This document shows positions 39,218 through 52,117 of a stretch of DNA of 64,000 bases, in pieces. The stretch lies in the NCBI GenBank assembly GCA_963727485.1, contig CAVSGM010000005.1, positions 1-64,000 of the forward strand. Reading direction: 5' to 3'. Position numbers and translations under genes: made by a program. Position 1 is the first letter of the stretch. Each line of letters opens with the position of its first letter. The notes under the pieces are model-generated. The model saw nothing but the letters and a program-made list of their open reading frames with translations, did no database searches and was not told where the DNA came from. The DNA is from an uncultured delta proteobacterium (lineage in GTDB: Bacteria; Myxococcota; Myxococcia; SLRQ01).

Positions 39218-40107
39218 ACGAGGGGCCTGAGGGTGACCAGGGCCCCCTCCCCGAACCCCGGCACCCGGGTGAGGTCGGCGACCCGGCTGAAGCGGCCATG
39301 CTTGTGGCGCCAGGTGAGGAGGCGCTCCGCCGACGCGGTGTCGAGACCGATGGCCTCGAGGTCGTGGAGGTCGGCGCGGTTGAGGTCGACCTTCACGGTG
39401 ATCCAGGGGCGGAGCTTCTCCAGGGTCTTCTGGCCGATGCCCGGGACCTTCACGATCTCGTCGACCTTGCGAAACGGCCCCTGGGAGGTGCGCTGGGCGA
39501 TGATCGCCCGGGCCTTGGCGGGGCCGATGCCCGGGAGCTTCTGGAGCTCGGTGGGGCCCGCGGTGTTGACGTTGATCTTGCCGGTGGGCGGCTCCTTGCG
39601 GTGGCGCCGGGCGTGGTGGCGGCCCTGGCTGCGGCCGCCGGTGCGGTCGCTGGCGCGGTCACGGGTGCGCACGGCGGCGGCGTCGCCGTCGCCGTCGGTC
39701 CGGGCCGAGGCCCCGCCGCCCTTGGTGAGGTCGAGGTCGTAGTCGCCGCCGTCGCCGCCCCCGGGGCTCCTGCCGTCGTGGGCCGGCGGCGGGTCCCGGT
39801 AGGTGCCGCGGTCACTGCGCCCGGTCCCGCCGCCGCCGCAGGTGACCCGGTCGCGGAGCCTGGCGAGGGTGACCTTCCCGATGCCCTTGACCCGCCGCAG
39901 CTCGTCCACGGTGTGGAAGGGACCGTGGGCGGCGCGGTAGGCGACGATGCGCTGGGCCTTCACCTTGCCGATGCCCGGGAGCCGGGTGAGCTCGGTGGCC
40001 GACGCCTGGTTGATGTCGATCCGCGCCTGGGCACTGGCGGCGTGGCCGGCGGCGAAGAGGGCGAAGGCCGTGATCAGGCCGAGCAGGGTACGGATGGGGC
40101 GCGTCAT
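39199..40107 (-). CDS. Secreted ComEA-like DNA-binding protein with three helix-hairpin-helix domains
   Basis: Signal peptide ending ASA-Q. IDINQASATELTRLPGIGKVKAQRIV, INVNTAGPTELQKLPGIGPAKARAII and VDLNRADLHDLEAIGL. Confidence 0.9.
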   Translation of the reverse strand: MTRPIRTLLGLITAFALFAAGHAASAQARIDINQASATELTRLPGIGKVKAQRIVAYRAAHGPFHTVDELRRVKGIGKVTLARLRDRVTCGGGGTGRSDRGTYRDPPPAHDGRSPGGGDGGDYDLDLTKGGGASARTDGDGDAAAVRTRDRASDRTGGRSQGRHHARRHRKEPPTGKINVNTAGPTELQKLPGIGPAKARAIIAQRTSQGPFRKVDEIVKVPGIGQKTLEKLRPWITVKVDLNRADLHDLEAIGLDTASAERLLTWRHKHGRFSRVADLTRVPGFGEGALVTLRPLVWVGTP

Positions 40108-40361
40108 AGCGAGAGATCCCCTCCATCGTCGTCCTGGCCGAGGCGCCGCCGGAGCTCGGCGACCTCGTCCCGCCGCGCCTGGGTCAGCGCCGGGTCGACG
40201 GCCAGGGTGAGCACGAGCCAGTCGCCCTCCTTCGCCGACGCCGGGAGGGCGCTGGCGGGGAGGTCGCGGGCGTCGTCGTCGTCGAAGACGAGCACCGCCG
40301 TTCCACCCTCGACGCGGTCGAGGAAGACGGCCGTCTGCTTGCCCCCGTCCATGTCGGTCAT
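40104..40361 (-). CDS. DUF3006 family protein
   Basis: FLDRVEGGTAVL...LPASALPASAKEGDWL...T..RR.EV..LRRRL. Lies next to a ComEC-like MBL gene. Confidence 0.75.
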   Translation of the reverse strand: MTDMDGGKQTAVFLDRVEGGTAVLVFDDDDARDLPASALPASAKEGDWLVLTLAVDPALTQARRDEVAELRRRLGQDDDGGDLSL

Positions 40362-41260
40362 TGTACGACGGACCGGGCCCTCGTGCGTACCCGTTCGGCG
40401 CGGAGCCCGTCATCGGCATCCCGTCGCTTCGAGGTCGTCACCTTCCAGGTCTTCCCGTCGGTGCTGAACACGACGGTGCCGTCGAGGTCGGTGCGGTAGA
40501 CCTTGGCGCCCACCGCCTCGAGGCGGCGGATGGTCTGCTTCGACGGGTGTCCGTAGCGGTTGTGGACCCCCACGGAGATCACGGCGATCTTCGGCTTCAC
40601 CGCCGCGAGGAACGCCGGGGTCGAGGAGTAGCGGCTCCCGTGGTGGCAGACCTTGAGGACGGTGCTCTTCAGGCCCCCGCCCTTCACCAGCCGCGCCTCG
40701 GTGGGGGCCTCGGCGTCGCCGGTGAGGAGGATCGAGACCTTCCCGTAGGTGAGCCTGCCGACCACCGAGTTGGCGTTGGGGTCGGACCGGGTGTCGTGGA
40801 AGAAGGGCATCTGGGGGGCGAGGAGGTGGAGGACCGCGCCGCCGCCGAGGTTGATGGTGCGGCCCCGGCGGGCGGTGCGCACCGGCACGTGGTGGGCCTC
40901 CAGGTACTTCAGGAGCCGCTTGTACGCCGACGAGCCGTAGGGGAACCCAGGGTCCATGTAGAAGCGGGTGGGCACCTGCTTCAGGACCTTCACCATGCCC
41001 CCGATGTGGTCGAGGTGGGCGTGGGTGGCGATGACCAGGTCGAGGTGGGAGACGTGCTCGGCGCGCAGGGCGGCGAGGACCGCCGTGGAGGCCTCGGGGG
41101 GCCCGGCGTCGACCAGGACCGCCTTGTGGTCCGGGGAGAGGATGAGGATCCCGTCGCCCTGGCCCACGTCGATGAACCGGACCCGGAGGTCGGCGGCGAG
41201 GGCGGGGAGGGCGACGGCGACCGCGAGGAAGACGGCGACGAGGCGGAGCAGGCGGCGCAT
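40358..41260 (-). CDS. Secreted ComEC/Rec2-like metallo-beta-lactamase-fold hydrolase (probable nuclease), lacking the membrane channel domain
   Basis: Signal peptide ending ALA-A. Motifs FIDVGQGD, LVDAG, THAHLDHIGG, NANSVV, LLTGDAE, LKVCHHGS, NRYGHP and YRTD..G. Confidence 0.9.
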   Translation of the reverse strand: MRRLLRLVAVFLAVAVALPALAADLRVRFIDVGQGDGILILSPDHKAVLVDAGPPEASTAVLAALRAEHVSHLDLVIATHAHLDHIGGMVKVLKQVPTRFYMDPGFPYGSSAYKRLLKYLEAHHVPVRTARRGRTINLGGGAVLHLLAPQMPFFHDTRSDPNANSVVGRLTYGKVSILLTGDAEAPTEARLVKGGGLKSTVLKVCHHGSRYSSTPAFLAAVKPKIAVISVGVHNRYGHPSKQTIRRLEAVGAKVYRTDLDGTVVFSTDGKTWKVTTSKRRDADDGLRAERVRTRARSVVQ

Positions 41261-41326
41261 CGCCCACTAGGCTAACACAGGTTCCCCGGCTTGACGCCGC
41301 GTGGGCGGGAAGCCTAAAAGCGCGAC

Positions 41327-42202
41327 ATGTCGGACATCGACCGTCTCGTCGAAGAAGTGACCCGGGAGGTGCGGGCGCGCCTCCGCGTGATCCAGCCCCA
41401 GGACGGCGAGTGTGACGCCACCACCGGGACCTGCGGTGGAGACGGGCGCTGCCACGTCGCCAAGGCCCGGGTCATCCGAGCCATGCAGGACCTGGGCGCG
41501 GTGCGCTTCTCCGCCTCCCCGGGCACCGGCCGGTCGGACCCCGACATCGCCCGGCACATCGACCACACCCTCCTCAAGCCCGACGCCACCCGCGAGGAGC
41601 TCCGGCAGCTGTGCGAGGAGGCGATGCAGTACGGCTTCTACTCGGTGTGCGTGAACGCCTCCAACGTGCCGTATTGCGCCCGGCTCCTCTCCGGGTCGCA
41701 GGTCAGGCCCATCGCCGTGGTCGGCTTCCCCCTCGGCGCCATGACCCGCACCGCCAAGGCCTTCGAGGCCCGGGAGGCGGTGCGCGCCGGCGCCAAGGAG
41801 ATCGACATGGTGATGAACATCGGCGCCATGAAGAGCCGGGACTACGCCACCGTCCTCTGCGACATCGAGGCGGTGGTCGAGGCGAGCAAGCCCTACCCGG
41901 TGAAGGTCATCCTCGAGAGCGCCGGGCTCACCCACGACGAGAAGGTCGCCGCCTGCGTGCTCTCCAAGGCCGCCGGCGCCGCCTACGTCAAGACCTCCAC
42001 CGGCTTCGGCCCCGGCGGCGCCACCGTCGACGACATCGCCCTGATGCGCCGCATCGTCGGCGAGGACATGGGCGTGAAGGCGTCGGGCGGGGTGCGGACC
42101 ACCGAGGACGCCAAGGCCATGTTCAAGGCCGGCGCCGACCGCATCGGCGCCTCGGCGAGCATCGCCATCGTCACCGGCAAGAAGGGCGCCGGCGGCTACT
42201 GA
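41327..42202 (+). CDS. deoC: Deoxyribose-phosphate aldolase with a ~70-aa N-terminal extension
   Basis: IDHTLLKP, SVCVN, VVGFPLGA, EIDMVMN, KVILE, YVKTSTGF, GVKASGGVR and RIGAS. Confidence 0.96.
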   Translation: MSDIDRLVEEVTREVRARLRVIQPQDGECDATTGTCGGDGRCHVAKARVIRAMQDLGAVRFSASPGTGRSDPDIARHIDHTLLKPDATREELRQLCEEAMQYGFYSVCVNASNVPYCARLLSGSQVRPIAVVGFPLGAMTRTAKAFEAREAVRAGAKEIDMVMNIGAMKSRDYATVLCDIEAVVEASKPYPVKVILESAGLTHDEKVAACVLSKAAGAAYVKTSTGFGPGGATVDDIALMRRIVGEDMGVKASGGVRTTEDAKAMFKAGADRIGASASIAIVTGKKGAGGY

Positions 42203-42212
42203 TCGTTCGGGG

Positions 42213-43406
42213 TCAGTCCCCGAGGTGGGCCAGGGTCGAGCGCACGTCCCGGGCCCAGGCGCCGTCCGGCGCCGCCTTCAGGTACCGGGCGTAGTGGACC
42301 GCGGCGTCCTTGTCCTTCCCCGCCTCCTGGAGCATGAACCCGAGGAGCAGGTTGGCGTTGGCGTGGCCCGGGTCGAGACGCAGCGCCCGCTCCAGGCTCC
42401 TCCAGGCGGTGCGGTCGTGGCGGAGCTCGTAGGCGGTGAGGGCGACCCCGAAGCGGGCGTCGGGATCCCGGGGCGCCAGGCGGGCGGCGCGGACGTACCA
42501 GCGCAGGGCGCCGCGGACGTCCCCGAGGTCGTAGTCCGCCCGGCCCCGGCGCAGGGCCCGGGCGGCGTGGTCGGTGCGCGCCCGGCCGGCGGTGGGGGCG
42601 CGGAGGCGGTGGTGACGGCGGCCCTCCCGGCGGTGGGCGCGGAGGGCGTGGCCCCGATGGGCGCGGCGGTGGGCGGCGGGCGCGGCGGCGGGGACCGCCG
42701 GTGCGGGCGGGGCGCCGGGCGTCGCCATGGGGCGGGCGAGGGCGGCCGGGACGGCGGCGGCCTCGGCGGCGGCCGGCGGCGGGGGCACGCGCGGGGGCGG
42801 CGCCTCGGCGCGGGCCGCCGCGGCGACCGGGGCCGGTCCGCGGGGCGTCGGCGGGGCCGGGGGCGTCGGCTGGACCCAGGCGCCGACGGCGAGGGCCAGG
42901 GCCGCCAGGGAGCCGGCGATGGCGACGGGGAAGGCCAGGCGGCGGCGGCGGCGCCAGAGGCGTGCGAGGGGGCCGGCGAAGAGCTCGGCGTCGTCGTCCG
43001 GGTCGGCGTCGTCGAAGGCGCCGAGGTCGACCTCGACGGTCGGGGGCACCGGCGCCGGGGCCGGCGTGGGGGCCGGGGGCATCGGCGCCGCCCGCCCCGC
43101 GGCGTAGCGGGCCCGGGCCTCCTCCGCGAGCTCCTGGGCCACCCGGACCACGTCCTCGGGGACCAGCACCGTCGCCGGCTCGGCCGGGTCGAGGTCCGCG
43201 GCCTCGAGGAACCACACGTCCGGGTCGAGGACCGTCGCCGCCTCGTCGGCGCCCAGCGCCGGGGCCGGGGCCATCCCCAGGCCCTCCCGGGCCGGCGCCT
43301 CGAGAGCCACCTCCCCGGCCGGCTGCGCACTGTCCTCGGCCTTCGGCGGCTCGAGGAAGTCGGCGAAGTTGAGCACCGTGGCTCCGTGGCGGTCGGGCAG
43401 GGACAT
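42213..43406 (-). CDS. Membrane-anchored protein with C-terminal TPRs
   Basis: Acidic N-terminus, a TM helix after RRRRR, a Pro/Ala linker, and TPRs (ALRLDPGHANANLLLG, YARYLKAAPDG). Confidence 0.65.
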   Translation of the reverse strand: MSLPDRHGATVLNFADFLEPPKAEDSAQPAGEVALEAPAREGLGMAPAPALGADEAATVLDPDVWFLEAADLDPAEPATVLVPEDVVRVAQELAEEARARYAAGRAAPMPPAPTPAPAPVPPTVEVDLGAFDDADPDDDAELFAGPLARLWRRRRRLAFPVAIAGSLAALALAVGAWVQPTPPAPPTPRGPAPVAAAARAEAPPPRVPPPPAAAEAAAVPAALARPMATPGAPPAPAVPAAAPAAHRRAHRGHALRAHRREGRRHHRLRAPTAGRARTDHAARALRRGRADYDLGDVRGALRWYVRAARLAPRDPDARFGVALTAYELRHDRTAWRSLERALRLDPGHANANLLLGFMLQEAGKDKDAAVHYARYLKAAPDGAWARDVRSTLAHLGD

Positions 43407-43610
43407 GGGGCACCTCCGGCTCCGAGGTGGAGCAAGGGGCGTACCGGTGGCGACCTGCGGGATTCCGGGACCTTGGCGGCGTCCGCGGCAGGTCCCCGGC
43501 GCCGCCCGGGTCGAGGCGCACCCGGCCCCGGGGACCCGGCGCCCGGGCGCCCCTCCGCGGCCGGCCCTCGTCTTGCTGGCCTCTCGCCCGGGTGATAGAA
43601 GGCCGCCACG

Positions 43611-44911
<1,301 letters not shown>

Positions 44912-44915
<4 letters not shown>

Positions 44916-46570
44916 GGGGCCCGCCGGTCACCCGGGGCGCCGGTGGGCGCCCGGGGCTCCTGGGCCGGCCCGGAGCGTCGGCGCTGGTGGCCCTGTGGCT
45001 GGGGCTGCTGGTCGCCGGAGCCCTGGCGCCGGCGCGGGCCGCCCAGGACGCGGGGACGCCGGCCGCCAGTCCCGCGGCCACCGCCAGCCCCCCGGCCACA
45101 ACCAGGCCGGCCAGAGTCGCCAAGCCCGCGGCCCCCAAGCAGATCCGCCTCCAGACCCTCCGCGAAGGCATGGAGCCCGTGCCCTTCTGGGAGCGCGGCG
45201 TCTCCTTCCTCGGCCTCTGGGTGATGGTCTTCCTCGGGTGGCTGATGTCCACCGACCGCAAGCGCTTCCCCTGGCGGGTGGTGCTCTGGGGCGTGGGGCT
45301 GCAGCTCGTCTTCGGGGTCTTCGTCCTCGAGACCACCGCCGGCCGGGACCTCTTCGGCTTCCTCAACGACGTGGTGATGCGGCTGCTCGACTTCACCAAC
45401 ATCGGCGCGAAGTTCATCTTCGGCGACTACCTGAACCTCAAGTACAGCTTCGCCCTCAACGTCCTGCCGACCATCATCTTCTTCTCGGCGCTGATGACCG
45501 TCCTCTACCACCTGGGGATCATGCAGTGGGTGGTCAAGGGCTTCGCCTGGCTGATGCAGCGGACCATGGGCACGTCTGGCTCCGAGACCCTCTCGGCGGC
45601 GGCGAACATCTTCGTGGGCCAGACCGAGGCCCCGCTGGTGGTCAAGCCCTTCGTGGAGACCATGACCGAGAGCGAGCTGATGGCGATCATGGTCGGCGGC
45701 TTCGCCACCGTCGCCGGCGGGGTGATGGCCGCCTACGTGGGGATGCTCTCGGGGACCTTCCCGGACATCGCCGGCCACCTCATCGCCGCCAGCGTCATGA
45801 GCGCCCCGGCGGCCCTGGTCCTGGCCAAGGTGATGATCCCCGAGACCGAGGCCTCGGCGACGGCGGGCAGCCTGCGCCTGGAGGTCGACCGCCCCGACGC
45901 CAACGTCATCGACGCCGCGGCCCGGGGCGCCGGCGAGGGGCTCCACCTCGCCCTCAACGTGGGCGCGATGCTCCTGGCCTTCCTCGCCCTCATCGCCCTC
46001 ATCGACTACGTCATCGAGCTCCCGGAGCTGTGGCACAACCGGGCCGCCTGGCACGCGGTGAAGCAGGCCCTCACCGCCCAGGGCCTCGCGCTGCCGGCGG
46101 GCTGCGCCAGGCCCGACGGCGCCGCCGCCTTCCAGCACTGCGTGAACGCCGGGGTCGCCGCCGGCCACCTCGCCCCGGGCGCCCACACCGCCTGGACCCC
46201 CATCTCCCTGGAGCGGATCCTCGGGTGGCTCTTCTGGCCCATCGCCTGGATCATGGGCACCCCCGCCCACGACTGCAGCGCCGTGGCCCGCCTCCTCGGG
46301 GAGAAGCTGGTCCTCAACGAGTTCGTCGCCTACGCCGATCTGGGCAAGCAGCTCCAGCACGGCGTCCACCTCTCCTACCGGGCGGTGGTCATCGCCACCT
46401 ACGCCCTCTGCGGCTTCGCCAACTTCGGGTCCATCGCCATCCAGATCGGCGGCATCGGGGGGATTGCCCCCAGCCGGCGTCATGATCTGGCGCGGATCGG
46501 ACTTCGTGCGATGATCGCGGGGACCCTGGCGGCCTTCATGACCGCCACCGTTGCCGGGATGCTCATCTGA
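44912..46570 (+). CDS. nupC: Concentrative nucleoside transporter (NupC/CNT family)
   Basis: VLPTIIFFSAL, ANIFVGQTEAPL, GFATVAG, ASVMSAP, NEFVAY and YALCGFAN. The start is estimated from a GTGA overlap. Confidence 0.93.
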
Positions 46571-47403
46571 TGGACCAGAACACCTACGACCTGGTGCAGG
46601 AGGCCGTCGCGGTCGTCCGCGGACTCGGGGGCGAGCCCCCGGCCGTGGGCGTGATCCTCGGCTCGGGCCTCGGCGCCTTCGCCGACGAACTCGAGGACGC
46701 GGTGGCCCGCCCCTACGGCGAGCTGCCCCACTTCCCCCAGAGCGCCGTGGTGGGCCACAAGGGCCGGCTGGTGCTCGGCGGCTGCGGCGGGGTCCCCGTC
46801 GCGGTGATGCAGGGGCGGGTCCACGCCTACGAGGGCTGGACCATGGACCAGGTGGCCTTCGGGGCCCGGGTCCTCTGCGCCCTGGGGGTGAAGGCCCTGG
46901 TGGTGACCAACGCCGCCGGCGGCATCGGCGCGAAGCTCGCCCCCGGCGACCTGCTCCGGATCACCGACCACATCAACCTCGCGGGCCGCAGCCCCCTCAC
47001 CGGGATCAACGACGACCGCCTCGGGCCGCGCTTCCCGGACCTCTCCCACGCCTACGACCCGGACCTCGGCGACCTGGTGGAGCACCTGGCCGACGACGTG
47101 GGGGCGCCGGTGAAGCGCGGGGTCTACGCGTACATGGCGGGGCCGTCCTACGAGACGCCCGCGGAGATCCGCGCGCTCAAGGCCCTGGGCGCCGACGCGG
47201 TGGGGATGTCCACGGTCCCCGAGGTGGTCGCCGCCCGGCACATGGGCGTGCCGGTGGTGGGCATCTCGGTGATCACCAACCTCGCGGCGGGCCTCTCCGA
47301 GAAGGGCCTCTCCCACGAGGAGGTGAAGGAGGTCGCCGACCGGGTGACCGGCCGGTTCCTGGAGCTGCTCCGCCGCTTCATCCCCGCGGCGGTGGCGCAC
47401 TAG
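46570..47403 (+). CDS. punA: Purine-nucleoside phosphorylase (trimeric PunA/XapA type)
   Basis: ILGSGLG, VVGHKG, QGRVHAYEG, TNAAGG, GPSYETPAE, DAVGMSTVPE and ITNLAAG. Confidence 0.93.
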   Translation: MDQNTYDLVQEAVAVVRGLGGEPPAVGVILGSGLGAFADELEDAVARPYGELPHFPQSAVVGHKGRLVLGGCGGVPVAVMQGRVHAYEGWTMDQVAFGARVLCALGVKALVVTNAAGGIGAKLAPGDLLRITDHINLAGRSPLTGINDDRLGPRFPDLSHAYDPDLGDLVEHLADDVGAPVKRGVYAYMAGPSYETPAEIRALKALGADAVGMSTVPEVVAARHMGVPVVGISVITNLAAGLSEKGLSHEEVKEVADRVTGRFLELLRRFIPAAVAH

Positions 47404-47413
47404 CGGCGAGCCG

Positions 47414-49886
<2,473 letters not shown>

Positions 49887-49942
49887 CCGGGGCCGCGGTG
49901 CCTCGACTACCCTGCGTGCTCCCCGTGCCGGAGGGTTCCCCC

Positions 49943-50299
49943 TTGTCCACCGCCGCAGACGCCGTCGTCGCCCTGGTCGCCGTCCTCCATGTCGGCTTCC
50001 TGCTCCTGGAGATGTTCCTCTGGGACACGCCCACCGGCCTGGCGGTCTTCGGCCAGAGCGCCGAGGAGGCCGCCGCCACCAAGACCCTGGCGGCGAACAT
50101 GGGCCTCTACAACGGCTTCCTCGCCGCGGGGCTCGGCTGGGGCCTCGTCCTCGGCGCCGGGGGCGAAGGGGTGAAGCTCTTCTTCCTCGGGTGCGTCGTG
50201 GTCGCCGGGATCTTCGGCGCCGCCACCGCGAGCCGGAAGATCCTCTTCGTCCAGGCCCTGCCCGCGGCGGTGGCCATGGCGCTGGTTCTGCTAGCCTAG
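49943..50299 (+). CDS. DUF1304 family membrane protein
   Basis: HVGFLLLEMFLW, LAANMGLYNGFLAAGL and KILFVQALPA. The start is estimated. Confidence 0.85.
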   Translation: MSTAADAVVALVAVLHVGFLLLEMFLWDTPTGLAVFGQSAEEAAATKTLAANMGLYNGFLAAGLGWGLVLGAGGEGVKLFFLGCVVVAGIFGAATASRKILFVQALPAAVAMALVLLA

Positions 50300-50308
50300 G
50301 AGGCGCCG

Positions 50309-50605
50309 ATGGCGACCGGGTCCGACCAGACGCCCACGCGGGCGACCATCCTCATCACCGGCCGGGTGCAGGGGGTGTTCTTCCGGGCCTCGGCCATGGA
50401 GACCGCCCAGCACCTCGGGGTGAGCGGGTGGATCCAGAACCTCTCCGACGGGGGCGTGGAGTCGGTGGTCGAGGGGCCGCGCCACGCGGTGGACGCCTAC
50501 CTCCGGTGGTGTGGGGAGGGGCCGTCGGGGGCGCGGGTCGACGGGGTGGAGGTCGCCTGGGACACGCCCCGGGGCGAGTTCGACACCTTCCGGGTCCTCG
50601 GCTGA
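50309..50605 (+). CDS. acyP: Acylphosphatase
   Basis: ITGRVQGVFFR, GWIQNLSDGGVE and GPSGARV. Confidence 0.95.
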   Translation: MATGSDQTPTRATILITGRVQGVFFRASAMETAQHLGVSGWIQNLSDGGVESVVEGPRHAVDAYLRWCGEGPSGARVDGVEVAWDTPRGEFDTFRVLG

Positions 50606-50623
50606 GCCCGCCGGGCGACCCCG

Positions 50624-50771
50624 AAAGAAGCGCAGGGCCCGGGGGATGGGGCCCCGGACCCTGCAAGGTGGTTCCTGGCTCGGGTATTCAGGAACCTTGG
50701 GTGAAGAGCGGTTGGCTGCGGAGCATGGCGGGGACCGCGGGACCTTCCACTCGACGCCCGTTGTACCTCGG
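50624..50771 (-). ncRNA. Putative Pxr-like small RNA (three stem-loops, ending in a terminator)
   Basis: Minus strand SL1 GTGGAAGG...GCGG-TCCCCGCCATGCT-CCGC...CTCTTCAC; SL2 GGTTCCTG-N11-CAGGAACC; SL3 GCAGGGTCCGGGG-CCCCATC-CCCCGGGCCCTGC followed by GCTTCTTTC. A sigma54 promoter lies upstream and no credible ORF overlaps it. Confidence 0.65.
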
Positions 50772-50781
50772 AGGGGAGTAG

Positions 50782-50797
50782 AGCAACCGGTGTGCCA
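50782..50797 (-). promoter_or_regulatory. Sigma54 (-24/-12) promoter
   Basis: TGGCACACCGGTTGCT is an exact match to TGGCAC-N5-TTGC(A/T). Confidence 0.85.
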
Positions 50798-51070
50798 CGC
50801 CCCCCGGGGCCGGGTCTGGGCCTGGGATTCCAGGGGGTTGGCGCGCAGATGGCCCGGGGCCGGCGTGAGGCGCGCCGGGCCCGGTGTCGCCGGATCGCGA
50901 CATCCGTGTCGGGGGTGCGACGCTGGGCGCACGGGGATCGCCCCTGGGGCGTCGTGGACCTGGGCAAACTTGTGACCCTGCTCACGCTGTGCTAGACCGG
51001 GCGTGTCCGTGCGCGACGACGAAGGGGAAGCTGGGGCCCCAGGACGCGCCGACAAGGGTGAGCCGAGCTC

Positions 51071-52117
51071 GTGACTGGCTTCAATGATGATCTGCTAAGG
51101 CCGCGGGATCGCGTCTTTCTGAAGCCGAAGAAGCGCTGGGGGGCGGTGTCCATCCTCCTCGCCGTGCTCTCGGCGGCCATCCTCACCCTGGTCGTCGGCG
51201 CCTACTCCGCGGGCCTGCTCCCGGACGGGCGCCTGGCCCTCGCCGTCGGCGTCCTCGGGGCCGTGGTCCTCCCGGTGGTCCTCGCCCTCCGGGTCCGCTT
51301 CTCGGGCCCGCGCTTCTTCGCCTTCGTGGACACCGCCCTGGTGGTCGTCCTCTTCACCGTCCTCGGCGGGCCCACCGACCGGGCCCTCGCCCACCACGGC
51401 CTCGCGCCCTTCGAGGGCGTGGCCCAGCTCGTCGGGCAGGGCGCCACCGCCCACACCCGCGTCACCGAGGTGGGCCAGGGCGTGGTCCAGCTCCTGCGCA
51501 CGCTCACCCTCGGGCACCCCGCCAAGGTGGCCGCCGCCGCCCCTCCAGCCCGGCCGCCCGCGCGGAAGGCCGGCGCCGAGCCCACCGCCGACGCCGGACC
51601 CGCGCCAAGGGCCTCCGGGCGCTCCCACGCGGCCGCCCGGGTACCGGCCCCGCCTGCGGCGCTCCAGGCCACCGTCGAGCTCGCCGGCGACGAGGCCCCC
51701 CAGGGCACCCTGAGCGTCCTCGCCGACCACCGGAAGCGCGCCGGCGCCGTGGAGATCCCCATCGACCACTCGGGCCGCCCGGTCACCGTCGGGGTCCTCG
51801 TCGACGGCCGGGTCCCGGCGGACTTCACCTTCGACACCGGCGCCGACTACACGGCCATCACCCCCGCCCTCGCCCGGCGCCTGGGGTATGACCCCGCCCA
51901 CCTCGGCGCCCGGCACACCTTCCTCACCGCCGGCGGCCCCATCCAGGACCCGGTGGTGACCCTCGGCTCGCTGGCCATCGACGACGCCGAGGTGAAGCAC
52001 GTCCAGGCGGTGGTCTGCACCCGGTGCCCCAGAAACCTCCTGGGGCGGAACTTCCAGGACCACTTCCGGGTGGAGATCGACAGCGGGGCCGGCGTCCTCC
52101 GGCTCCACCGGCGCTAG
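51071..52117 (+). CDS. Membrane-anchored retropepsin-like (clan AA) aspartic protease
   Basis: Three N-terminal TM segments, FTFDTGADYTAI and NLLGRNF. Confidence 0.85.
   Translation: MTGFNDDLLRPRDRVFLKPKKRWGAVSILLAVLSAAILTLVVGAYSAGLLPDGRLALAVGVLGAVVLPVVLALRVRFSGPRFFAFVDTALVVVLFTVLGGPTDRALAHHGLAPFEGVAQLVGQGATAHTRVTEVGQGVVQLLRTLTLGHPAKVAAAAPPARPPARKAGAEPTADAGPAPRASGRSHAAARVPAPPAALQATVELAGDEAPQGTLSVLADHRKRAGAVEIPIDHSGRPVTVGVLVDGRVPADFTFDTGADYTAITPALARRLGYDPAHLGARHTFLTAGGPIQDPVVTLGSLAIDDAEVKHVQAVVCTRCPRNLLGRNFQDHFRVEIDSGAGVLRLHRR

Noticed and set aside
40358..41260. Full ComEC competence channel
   Set aside because: Only the soluble MBL domain with a signal peptide is present. There is no multi-TM Competence domain.
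50624..50771. 6S RNA, SRP RNA or a riboswitch
   Set aside because: It forms three short local hairpins behind a sigma54 promoter rather than one long rod, has no SRP GGAA-loop motif, and has no downstream gene on the same strand to regulate.
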